A stretch of 24,000 nt of DNA from Salmonella phage PHA46, in sequence record PP191103.1; one strand, 5' to 3'. Positions 1 to 7,572 of this stretch are shown in pieces. A model generated the notes under the pieces. The model had not been told where the DNA came from, ran no database searches, and worked only from the letters and a program-made list of their open reading frames with translations. Positions within the stretch are counted from its first letter, which is position 1. Each line of letters begins with the position of its first letter. The position numbers were made by a program, and so were the translations under genes.

Positions 1-1
1 T

Positions 2-928
2 AAACAAAAAGAACTTCTAGAAGATAGTATCATCATCTATCGTGTACAACGTGCTCCAGAACGCCGTGTATTTAAAATTGATGTTGGTGAAATGCAAACT
101 CACCAAGCAATGGCATATGTTGAAAGATTTAAAAATGAAATCCACCAGCGTCGTATACCTTCTAATAAAGGTGGTAGTACTTCATTGATGGATGCAGCTT
201 ATAACCCATTAAGTATTTTAGAAGACTATTTCTTCCCTCAATCTTCGGAAGGTCGTGGTAGTTCAGTCGAAACTCTACCGGGTGGTGATAACTTGGGTCA
301 AATTGATGACTTGCGTTATTTTAACAATAAATTGATTCGTGGTTTACAAATTCCAGCTTCATATCTACCACAGGGGCCAGATGATGGCGGGGTGGCTTTA
401 TTTGGAGATGGTGCAACCCAAGCAATGACCAGTGAATTGCGTTTTAACAACCAATGTATGCGTTATCAGCGTTTAATCGCCAAAGTTTTCGATATGGAAT
501 TTAAACGTTATATGGTTAAGAATGGTTATAGTATTAGTGCTTCATCTTTTGAAGTAATCTTTAACCCACCAATTAACTTCGCTTCATATCGTAAAGCAGA
601 ATTGGATGCAAAACTAATTAGTACTTACATGTCGCTAGACGGACTTCCATATATTGCTAAACAAACAATTCTCAAGAAAATGGGCTTTGAACAAAGTGAT
701 ATTGTTGAGAACGAACAAAACTGGCTCATGGAAAATCCTGATGCATTATCATCAGCACAGAGTGGTGAACAGGCAGGATTGAAATCGGTCGGAATCGATG
801 CTCCTAATGATCCGGGAATGGATTTAGGTATGGATGAAGAAGGTAATATGGAAAGTGCTGATAAAGAATTCCAAGATATGGTTCAAAACGATGATTTTAA
901 CCCTAATAATTTAGGCAATTCTTTCTAA
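2..928 (+). CDS. 20: Portal vertex protein gp20, C-terminal part (5' end lies outside window)
   Basis: Frame 2 is open from position 2 (KQKELLEDSIIIYRVQRAPERRVFKIDVGEM...), so the listed start at 92 is internal. RAPERRVFKIDVG and GRGSSVETLPGGDNLGQIDDLRYFNNKL are T4 gp20-type motifs. Confidence 0.93.
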   Translation, partial: KQKELLEDSIIIYRVQRAPERRVFKIDVGEMQTHQAMAYVERFKNEIHQRRIPSNKGGSTSLMDAAYNPLSILEDYFFPQSSEGRGSSVETLPGGDNLGQIDDLRYFNNKLIRGLQIPASYLPQGPDDGGVALFGDGATQAMTSELRFNNQCMRYQRLIAKVFDMEFKRYMVKNGYSISASSFEVIFNPPINFASYRKAELDAKLISTYMSLDGLPYIAKQTILKKMGFEQSDIVENEQNWLMENPDALSSAQSGEQAGLKSVGIDAPNDPGMDLGMDEEGNMESADKEFQDMVQNDDFNPNNLGNSF

Positions 929-930
929 GA

Positions 931-938
931 CTAAATAA
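931..938 (+). promoter_or_regulatory. Weak late-promoter-like element (CTAAATAA)
   Basis: Resembles the ATAAATA elements seen before other structural genes; about 57 nt upstream of the ATG at 988. Confidence 0.3.
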
Positions 939-987
939 CAATGATGAGTTCACTTCGACTAAGAAGTGAACACATTAGGAGATGTAT

Positions 988-1224
988 ATGTTAAATGAAC
1001 TTTTTGAATCTAGAAATGATTCAATGTACGATCCAGAAGATGATCAAACTGTGTATAAGCTAACTGATACACGTAAACCAAAATTAACTTTAAAAGTACT
1101 AAACAATTTACGAAAGTATCGTGAATTTAAAGCTAATGAAGAAGAGAAACGTGCTCAGGTTGTAGCAGTAGTATATGCACCTGCACCTTCTGATGACGGC
1201 GGCGATATGGGCGGCTTAATGTAA
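988..1224 (+). CDS. Small charged protein between portal and core gene, in the position of T4 gp67/gp68
   Basis: The ATG at 982 abuts TAGGAG; the ATG at 988 has normal SD spacing. Synteny portal-small ORFs-protease-scaffold-MCP. Confidence 0.6.
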   Translation: MLNELFESRNDSMYDPEDDQTVYKLTDTRKPKLTLKVLNNLRKYREFKANEEEKRAQVVAVVYAPAPSDDGGDMGGLM

Positions 1225-1265
1225 AAAATCCGTTTTTAAAGCTCTTTTTGAAAACGGATTTTTAG
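1224..1265 (+). terminator. Rho-independent terminator
   Basis: Perfect 13-bp stem AAAAATCCGTTTT (1224-1236) / AAAACGGATTTTT (1251-1263). Confidence 0.85.
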
Positions 1266-1269
1266 TACG

Positions 1270-1277
1270 TATAAATA
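1270..1277 (+). promoter_or_regulatory. T4-like late promoter TATAAATA
   Basis: Exact TATAAATA right after a terminator, 54 nt upstream of the ATG at 1324. Confidence 0.8.
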
Positions 1278-1323
1278 ATGACATACTTAATTTAAAAAAT
1301 TTGTATATCTATTGGAGGATATA

Positions 1324-2190
1324 ATGGCAAATAAAAAACTATTGCAAGAAGCAATTCAGGCTTTTGCTAACAACGAACAAGACCTAGCTGCTAAGAAAAT
1401 GCGTAAGTATTTCCTCGAAGCCGCACAGGAAATTAATAAAAAACTAGAAGAAGAAATGGAAGAAGAATGCGATCTAAATGAAGCAGACGAAACCGAAGAA
1501 GAATGTGAAGAAGTTATCGAAGAAGATATCGACGGAAACATGGATTCTGGTCTAACTTCCGAAGTTCAATATCAACTAGGTGAAGAAGATGAATCTGATG
1601 AAGAAGAAGTTGACGTTCAAGACCACGATGGTGAAGAAGAAGTTGATTTTGATTCCGAAGAAGAAGTTGGCGGCGAAGATGTAAATCTATCCGGCGACGA
1701 ATGGGAATCCATCAAAGATGCATTTGCTGACCTAGAAGCTATGTTTGACCGTATTGAAGACGGCGGTGATTTCGAAGTTGATGCTGAAGGTGACGAAATG
1801 GGCGATGCTGAAGCAGAAGTTGATTTTGATGCAGATGCTGATGGTGAAGATGAATTTGCTGACATTAGTTTCGGTGACGAAAAAGTTGGCGAAGGTTACA
1901 AAATGAAACCAGTTAGCAAACCAGCTAATGATGCAGCTAAATCCAAATCTCCTGTTGCTCCAAACGCAAAATCTCCAGTAGATGGCGTTGCACCAGTTAA
2001 GATCAAAGACGGTACTGTAGTAACTAATGATGGCGAATTGCTAAAAAATAAAGATGCTGAAACTGCTAAAGTTGAAGACATGAACAACGTAATGGACAGT
2101 GCTAAAGGCATGATGAAAGACGCGAAGAAACCAAAAAATACTGCGGAAAAATCTCGTTCTCCACTACCTAAATCACAACCAAAATTTTAA
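1324..2190 (+). CDS. Highly acidic prohead core-like protein (288 aa)
   Basis: Start moved from 1312 to 1324 because ATGGAGG is itself the SD. N-terminus LLQEAIQAFANNEQDLAAKKMRKYFLEA resembles the gp67 style; long Glu/Asp tracts; located directly before the protease gene. Confidence 0.6.
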   Translation: MANKKLLQEAIQAFANNEQDLAAKKMRKYFLEAAQEINKKLEEEMEEECDLNEADETEEECEEVIEEDIDGNMDSGLTSEVQYQLGEEDESDEEEVDVQDHDGEEEVDFDSEEEVGGEDVNLSGDEWESIKDAFADLEAMFDRIEDGGDFEVDAEGDEMGDAEAEVDFDADADGEDEFADISFGDEKVGEGYKMKPVSKPANDAAKSKSPVAPNAKSPVDGVAPVKIKDGTVVTNDGELLKNKDAETAKVEDMNNVMDSAKGMMKDAKKPKNTAEKSRSPLPKSQPKF

Positions 2191-2191
2191 T

Positions 2192-2199
2192 CATAAATA
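2192..2199 (+). promoter_or_regulatory. Late-promoter-like CATAAATA upstream of gp21
   Basis: Same core as other sites; 32 nt upstream of the ATG at 2224. Confidence 0.5.
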
Positions 2200-2223
2200 A
2201 AAGAAAGAAGGAGATCATACACT

Positions 2224-2847
2224 ATGAGCATGATTAGAGAATGGTCTTCATTCAATGATTCTAAAATTGTACTAGAACACCGTGATAACCAATTTGGCGG
2301 CAAGGATTGTTACCTACGTGGTATTTCAATCCAAGCCGACCAACGAAATAAAAACGAACGTATCTATCCTTATGCTGAAATAGCTAAGGCAGTTGAAAAT
2401 ATGGCACAACGTTTACGGAGCGGTGAAAGCATTCTTTGTGAATGTGATCACCCCGAAACCCTTACTATTAACCTAGACCGTGTAGCAGCAATGATTACTA
2501 AAGTCTGGATGGAAGGTAACAACGGTATGGCTGAAATTAAACTTCTTCCTACAGCACAAGGTGAAAATATTCGCAAGATGTTAGAATGCGGTGTTAAATT
2601 AGGCGTTAGTTCTCGTGGTTCAGGAAACGTTGATCATAATGGTATTGTTTCAGATTTTGAAATCGTAACTATTGACATTGTAGCACAACCGAGTGCTCCA
2701 GAAGCGTATCCAACTGCGGTGTTTGAATCTCTAATGAGTAAGTATGGTTCACCTGTTAATGGAAGCAAAAAAGCAATAGTGGAATCTAAATCAGAAAATT
2801 GTTTAGAAAACGAAATTCACGCTTTTTTTAAGAAATTAAAAGGGTAA
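2224..2847 (+). CDS. 21: Prohead core protein protease gp21
   Basis: Motifs NERIYP, CDHPE and SSRGSG...DFEIVTIDIVAQPSAPEAYPTAV typical of T4 gp21-type proteases; position before scaffold. Confidence 0.88.
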   Translation: MSMIREWSSFNDSKIVLEHRDNQFGGKDCYLRGISIQADQRNKNERIYPYAEIAKAVENMAQRLRSGESILCECDHPETLTINLDRVAAMITKVWMEGNNGMAEIKLLPTAQGENIRKMLECGVKLGVSSRGSGNVDHNGIVSDFEIVTIDIVAQPSAPEAYPTAVFESLMSKYGSPVNGSKKAIVESKSENCLENEIHAFFKKLKG

Positions 2848-2858
2848 CAAAATAAATT

Positions 2859-2866
2859 TATAAATA
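2859..2866 (+). promoter_or_regulatory. T4-like late promoter TATAAATA
   Basis: Exact TATAAATA 55 nt upstream of the gp22 ATG at 2914. Confidence 0.78.
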
Positions 2867-2913
2867 TTTGTACATCAAAAGTACGAATGTTAAGTACTTT
2901 ACAGGAGATTATA

Positions 2914-4032
2914 ATGTCTAAATTAGATAAGTTTCTAAAAGAATCATCTCTTTCTGATGAAGCGAAACAGCTAATTCAGGAAGCATGGAATGAAGAAAAA
3001 CAAGCAGTCGCCGCAGAAATGCGTGAAGAAATGAAAGGACGTTATCAAGAAGATCTAGCTCGTCTAACCGAAGGTCTAGATAAAATGGTAACTGGTCTAA
3101 TCGCTGAAGAAATGGGTGCAGTTTACGACGAAAAAGCAAAACTCGTTGAAGACCGTGTAACACTACGTAAAACCCTAGCAAACTTCGGTAGCTTCGCAAA
3201 CGGTGTACTCGCTGAAGAAGTTAAACAAATGCGTAACGAGACTAAACTCGTTAAAGAAAGTCTAGATAAATTCGCAGGATTCAGTAATCGTATCCTAGCA
3301 GAAGAACTAAAAGACTTCCACCATGAGAAACGTCAGTTGGTTGAAACTCGTGTTAAACTAATTGCTGAAGGTTCACAAAAAATTAATGAAGCTCGTCAGA
3401 GTGTAATTAAACGTATTACTGAAACTTCCGCTCAATATATTGCTGAGACTACTCACAATAACCTAAAAGAGCTAAAAACAGAACTACGTGAAGCACGTCA
3501 GAATATGTTTGGTCGTAAAATTTTCGAAGCATTTGCTAACGAATTCTATAGCAACCAATACAAAGAAAATTCAATTCTACGTTCTCTAAACGAATCTATT
3601 AAACAGAAAGAAAAAGAAGTTATCGAATTTAAAGAAAAACTTCAAGAATCTCAAGCTCAAGCAGAAGCTGCTCAAAAGAAAATGCGTATCATGGAAGATA
3701 CTCATGCTCGTTCAGCTATCATCTCAGAGCTAGTGAAACCTCTTACTGTTCAACAGAAACAAATTATGGAATCACTACTTCAAGCTACTCCTACCGAGAA
3801 ACTTAAAGACGATTTCATGAAGTACCATAAGTCTGTACTAAAAGGTACTATCAATGAATCTGCTGCTAAAACCAGCCGCCCAGCAGTTAATACAAAGGCT
3901 AAAAGTACTCTCACTGAAGGTATCGTCGTAACTGGCAACCGTGAAGGTATCATTAAAGAAAGTGAACTTGATTCCGACGATCTAGATTTCCTAAAATCTC
4001 TAGAACGTAATGCAGGAATCCACAAAAAATAA
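2914..4032 (+). CDS. 22: Prohead core scaffold protein gp22
   Basis: SD AGGAG precedes the ATG at 2914 rather than 2887; MSKLDKFLKES..., coiled-coil composition, located between protease and MCP. Confidence 0.82.
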   Translation: MSKLDKFLKESSLSDEAKQLIQEAWNEEKQAVAAEMREEMKGRYQEDLARLTEGLDKMVTGLIAEEMGAVYDEKAKLVEDRVTLRKTLANFGSFANGVLAEEVKQMRNETKLVKESLDKFAGFSNRILAEELKDFHHEKRQLVETRVKLIAEGSQKINEARQSVIKRITETSAQYIAETTHNNLKELKTELREARQNMFGRKIFEAFANEFYSNQYKENSILRSLNESIKQKEKEVIEFKEKLQESQAQAEAAQKKMRIMEDTHARSAIISELVKPLTVQQKQIMESLLQATPTEKLKDDFMKYHKSVLKGTINESAAKTSRPAVNTKAKSTLTEGIVVTGNREGIIKESELDSDDLDFLKSLERNAGIHKK

Positions 4033-4060
4033 ACATTTTTAATAAGCTATTTTTTTCAGG

Positions 4061-4068
4061 CATAAATA
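4061..4068 (+). promoter_or_regulatory. Late promoter CATAAATA upstream of the MCP gene
   Basis: CATAAATAATAACATAC, nearly identical to TATAAATAATGACATAC at 1270; 53 nt upstream of the ATG at 4114. Confidence 0.75.
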
Positions 4069-4113
4069 ATAACATACTGAAAAACGAAAAAACATCTTTT
4101 AAGGAGATATATA

Positions 4114-5289
4114 ATGTCACAACTATTAACTGAATCCAAATGGGCAGCAGTAAAAGAAAAACTAACTGAAGGTCTAAAAGATAACCGTAAAACCGTTATG
4201 GAAGCTGTTCTAGAAAACCACCGTAAAGTAATGCTACGTGAAAGTGCTTCTCAAGGTGCAACTTCTGCTGGTAACATCGCAACACTAAACAAAGTAATTC
4301 TACCAATTATGCGTCGTGTTATGCCTACCGTTATTGCTAACGAAATTATCGGTGTTCAACCTATGACTGGCCCTGTTGGTCAAATCCACACCCTACGTGT
4401 TCAATATGCTGACAACGCACCGGGCGTTATCGCTGGTGAAGAAGCACTATCCCCATACAAAATCGCTAAGTCCTATACTGGTGATGTTAATGGTGATAAC
4501 GAAAATCCACGTGCTGCTCCTACTAGCCAACTAGAAGGTACTATGGGTCGTCGCGTCAACATCCGTATCCTACGTGAAACCGTTGAAGCGAAATCTCGTC
4601 GTCTATCTGCTCGCTGGACTGTTGAATCTGCACAAGATGCTCAATCTCAACACGGTATCGACGTAGAAGCTGAACTAATGGCTGCTATCGCTCAAGAAGT
4701 TACCACTGAAATCGACCAAGAGCTACTACACAAACTACGTGCTCTACCGGGTGCCGCTGCTGTAACTTATGACCAATCTAAAGTTACTGGTGTTGCTACC
4801 TTCGTTGGTGACGAACACGCCGCTCTAGCTACTCTAATTAACCGTCAAGCAAACGAAGTTGCTCGTCGTACTAAGCGTGGTGCTGCGAATTGGGCTGTTG
4901 TTTCTCCAACTGCACTAACTATTCTACAATCTGCTACCACTTCTAGCTTCGCTCGTACCACTGAAGGTACTTTCGATGCTCCAACTAACGTTAAGTTTGT
5001 TGGTGTACTTAACAGTACTATGAAGATCTACGTTGATACCTATGCTGATGATAGCACAGACGTCCTCATTGGTTACAAAGGTAATGCAGAAACTGATGCT
5101 GGTGTATTCTATTGCCCGTACATCCCACTAATGGCATCTGGTACTGTAATGGATCCAAATACCGGGGAACTCGTAACGACTTTCTTAACAAGATATGGCT
5201 ACGTTCAGCTTACTGACAGTACTTCATCTCTTGGTAACGCTGCTGACTACTTCAGCAAAATTGCAATCCGCAACGTAACCTTCATGTAA
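4114..5289 (+). CDS. 23: Major capsid protein gp23
   Basis: MSQLLTESKWAAVKEKLTEG N-terminus, VILPIMRRVMPTVIANEIIGVQPMTGPVG, GRRVNIRILRETVEAKSR(R)LSARWTVE; SD AAGGAG. Confidence 0.95.
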   Translation: MSQLLTESKWAAVKEKLTEGLKDNRKTVMEAVLENHRKVMLRESASQGATSAGNIATLNKVILPIMRRVMPTVIANEIIGVQPMTGPVGQIHTLRVQYADNAPGVIAGEEALSPYKIAKSYTGDVNGDNENPRAAPTSQLEGTMGRRVNIRILRETVEAKSRRLSARWTVESAQDAQSQHGIDVEAELMAAIAQEVTTEIDQELLHKLRALPGAAAVTYDQSKVTGVATFVGDEHAALATLINRQANEVARRTKRGAANWAVVSPTALTILQSATTSSFARTTEGTFDAPTNVKFVGVLNSTMKIYVDTYADDSTDVLIGYKGNAETDAGVFYCPYIPLMASGTVMDPNTGELVTTFLTRYGYVQLTDSTSSLGNAADYFSKIAIRNVTFM

Positions 5290-5340
5290 TTTGAAAAGTA
5301 GAAGTAATTTGATTCAAAAATTAATATAAAAAATTAAAAA

Positions 5341-5365
5341 GGGACTCTTGACGAGTCCCTTTTCT
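5341..5365 (+). terminator. Terminator of the head operon, overlapping a promoter
   Basis: GGGACTC-TTGAC-GAGTCCC followed by TTTTCTTTT-like tract. Confidence 0.85.
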
Positions 5366-5376
5366 TTTGCTATAAT
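5348..5376 (+). promoter_or_regulatory. Sigma70-like promoter: TTGACG-17-TATAAT with extended -10 (TGC)
   Basis: TTGACG at 5348-5353, spacer 17, TGCTATAAT ending at 5376; the -35 begins in the terminator loop. Confidence 0.75.
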
Positions 5377-5420
5377 TTAAGAGTCAAGGATGACATGATA
5401 GTAACTGTGGAGGATTTGAC

Positions 5421-5516
5421 ATGTATATAGATATGTACACAGAAGTTGCTTTTTGTGAGGCATTACAGCAGTTGTACGTTAGTATAGAGGTACAAGGATT
5501 ACGTACAGATGTATAA
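5421..5516 (+). CDS. Small ORF, 31 aa (MYIDMYTEVAFCEALQQLYVSIEVQGLRTDV), unknown
   Basis: Preceded by GTGGAGG SD and a strong promoter; overlaps the start of the next ORF. Not in the ORF track because it is short. Confidence 0.45.
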   Translation: MYIDMYTEVAFCEALQQLYVSIEVQGLRTDV

Positions 5517-5676
5517 AGACAAGTTGAATGCGAAGTTCCCGGATGCACCAGTACTAGCTACAATAGAGTTAGATGCTGTTGGTAGGCCGAAGCAGGAGCT
5601 ACCGGATCATTTAAAGCCCACTGATAATTTCGCAAAATTGCGAACAGCGGGGTTAAATTTCACAATTCAGAGATAA
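5509..5676 (+). CDS. Small ORF, 55 aa (MYKDKLNAKFPDAPVLATIELDAVGRPKQELPDHLKPTDNFAKLRTAGLNFTIQR), unknown
   Basis: Overlaps the previous ORF by 8 nt; AAGGA upstream; fills the gap between promoter and the next ORF. Confidence 0.5.
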   Translation: MYKDKLNAKFPDAPVLATIELDAVGRPKQELPDHLKPTDNFAKLRTAGLNFTIQR

Positions 5677-5704
5677 TAAATACTTCCAATGATACGGAGG
5701 TAAT

Positions 5705-6013
5705 ATGTCTCAAATTTGTTATGTAATCACGAATCCTGCATGGCCTGAATGGGTAAAAATTGGATTCACATCTAAATCGGAAATGAAAACACGTTTAAGT
5801 ACTTATCAAACTGGAACACCTTTCCGGGATTTTGAAGTATATCATGAAGTACACTTTGATGATGCTAAAGAAGCGGAGAAAGAGGTACATAAGCGTTTAA
5901 AGCAAATGAACGCTACAAGGAGTCCCGGTACGGAATGGTTTAAGATGCCGAAGAAATTAGCTGCTAACATGATAGATGGAGTAGCAGACGACTTAGAGAA
6001 TGGACTTCTATAA
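5705..6013 (+). CDS. T5orf172 / GIY-YIG-like nuclease domain protein
   Basis: YVITNPAWPEWVKIGFTS...TRLSTYQTGTPFRDFEVYHEVHFDDAKEAEKEVHKRL...TEWFKM matches the T5orf172/MUG113 pattern; GGAGG SD. Confidence 0.8.
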   Translation: MSQICYVITNPAWPEWVKIGFTSKSEMKTRLSTYQTGTPFRDFEVYHEVHFDDAKEAEKEVHKRLKQMNATRSPGTEWFKMPKKLAANMIDGVADDLENGLL

Positions 6014-6052
6014 TAAATATCATTATAGTAATAAACATAAAAGGATTTATAA

Positions 6053-7315
6053 ATGAGTATTAGTTTTAATCATCCTAAGAATACGGTGACTAGTACTGGA
6101 TCATTGAATTTAATTGTAAGTACTGGTAATCCTACATCACCACAGCCAATTAGATTAAATGCCACATCAGTAATTATGCCAGTACGTGCATTACCATCGG
6201 GTGAAGCAGGTGCAATGGTATTTGACACTGGTACTAAAACCATGAAGTATCATAACGGTTTGAGTTGGGTTGAAATGTTAGGTCAAGACACAATTTTACA
6301 ACCAATTTATACTGAAATAAACAATATTAATCAAAAGTTAGGCACTAAAGTAGATAGTGTAACATATAATTCTGGTTCTGTTCCACAGGCATCTATTAGT
6401 GGCACACAGTTAAGTATCACATTCCCTATTTCTAGTGGTGGTAGTACTGGCAATAATGGTTTGTTCACTTCATCTAAACAAGGCAGTATTCAAATGTACG
6501 CATTGTCTGATGGTATGACTGCTGCTACTATACGTGAACAGATGAGTGGTAAGAGTGGTGGACAAAATGGAAGAAACGGTTCACAAAGTTCACCATTCAT
6601 TTCTAATGATGGTTGGTGTTTTGCTGATGGAATGTGGTGGACATGGGAAGGTGAAAGTGGTACAATAACTCAACGAGTACCAAACTTGAATCAACAAGCA
6701 TACCTTAAACCAATGTCAGTTAGTGGTGCGATCCAAATTGGTTCTGTTATTGCATCATCTGCTGCAATCGGTGGCACTTCGTTAACAATCGCACAGTTAC
6801 CACCTCACAGCTTTAATGTTAGTGGACAAACTGATGCTGCTGGAGATCACGTTCATACTTTCCCACTATCAAACCAAAGATCAGGTACTGGTTGGGCTGA
6901 TGGTGCGACACCAAACCGATATGATGGTGATGGTAGAACTAATAGTGGTGGGATTCACATACATACATTCAACGGAACTACTAATACTTTGGGTTCTGGT
7001 CAGCCTCATAGTCACTCCATTAGTAACTTGGATGTAAACCACTTTAATGTAGCAGTAATTTATAATATTGCAACTCCTAGTTTTGCATTGAATGAATCTG
7101 CCGCTAATGGAAAATATGTACTAAAAACTGGTGATACTATGACTGGTTCACTAACAATTGCAACGGCTGCAACCATAAAAGGTAACGATTCGAATCTTAC
7201 AATGTCATGGCGTAATAGTTCTAATGCTGAACGTGCTATGATTTATCATAGTTCGACAAACAATACCCTACGATTCCGTACTAACGGGGGTACTGAAATG
7301 ACAATGAAGAACTAA
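6053..7315 (+). CDS. Tail fibre / short tail fibre-like protein with collar-type domain
   Basis: QGSIQMYAL, WCFADG, VPNLNQQAYL, IAQLPPHSFNVSG, GDHVHTF, GGIHIHTFNGTTN, GQPHSHSI; His-rich metal-binding-like motifs as in collar-domain fibres. Confidence 0.8.
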   Translation: MSISFNHPKNTVTSTGSLNLIVSTGNPTSPQPIRLNATSVIMPVRALPSGEAGAMVFDTGTKTMKYHNGLSWVEMLGQDTILQPIYTEINNINQKLGTKVDSVTYNSGSVPQASISGTQLSITFPISSGGSTGNNGLFTSSKQGSIQMYALSDGMTAATIREQMSGKSGGQNGRNGSQSSPFISNDGWCFADGMWWTWEGESGTITQRVPNLNQQAYLKPMSVSGAIQIGSVIASSAAIGGTSLTIAQLPPHSFNVSGQTDAAGDHVHTFPLSNQRSGTGWADGATPNRYDGDGRTNSGGIHIHTFNGTTNTLGSGQPHSHSISNLDVNHFNVAVIYNIATPSFALNESAANGKYVLKTGDTMTGSLTIATAATIKGNDSNLTMSWRNSSNAERAMIYHSSTNNTLRFRTNGGTEMTMKN

Positions 7316-7479
7316 TGTGGGCTTCGTCGCAAATTAGTTCACTTCAAGATATTGAAGAGTTTGGAACACCAACCAAAGAAGAACAAGAACGTTTGCTTGC
7401 ATTGCGTAAGTACCGCTTTACATTAACTCGTGTAGTACCGGAAGATAACCCAGATATTGACCTTCCAGATCGTCCTTAA
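7315..7479 (+). CDS. Mini tail-fibre assembly (Tfa)-like protein, 54 aa
   Basis: TAATG overlap with the fibre gene; C-terminus LRKYRFTLTRVVPEDNPDIDLPDRP resembles the C-terminal end of Tfa-family proteins (...[22 protein letters not shown]...). Confidence 0.55.
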   Translation: MWASSQISSLQDIEEFGTPTKEEQERLLALRKYRFTLTRVVPEDNPDIDLPDRP

Positions 7480-7485
7480 AAAATC

Positions 7486-7516
7486 TTGGGACAAAAAAAG
7501 GATCATGTGATATAAT
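7486..7516 (+). promoter_or_regulatory. Early/middle-type promoter TTGGGACA...TGTGATATAAT
   Basis: GGGACA 7488-7493, 17-nt spacer, TATAAT 7511-7516, extended TGA; same motif at 11556, 15645, 20308 and 20391. Confidence 0.85.
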
Positions 7517-7518
7517 AG

Positions 7519-7554
7519 AAGCACGATGAGCAATGACGCTCACGTGCTTTTTTT
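7519..7554 (+). terminator. Terminator hairpin straddling the transcription start
   Basis: AAGCACG(a)TGAGC ... GCTCACGTGCTT followed by TTTTT. Confidence 0.75.
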
Positions 7555-7572
7555 ATAAATGGAGAAAACAAC

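Noticed and set aside
1312-1323. ATG at 1312 as start of the acidic core protein
   Set aside because: ATGGAGG contains the SD for the ATG at 1324; the upstream start has no SD of its own.
1356-2111. Minus-strand Ser-rich ORFs (1356..1541, 1617..1865, 1896..2111)
   Set aside because: Antisense shadows of GAA/GAT-rich acidic codons on the plus strand; low complexity, no SD, no promoter.
2918-4025. Minus-strand ORFs 2918..3199 and 3780..4025
   Set aside because: Antisense to the well-supported scaffold gene; no initiation signals.
6816-7037. Plus-strand ORF inside the fibre gene
   Set aside because: Alternative frame of a strongly supported gene, no SD, peptide composition not protein-like.
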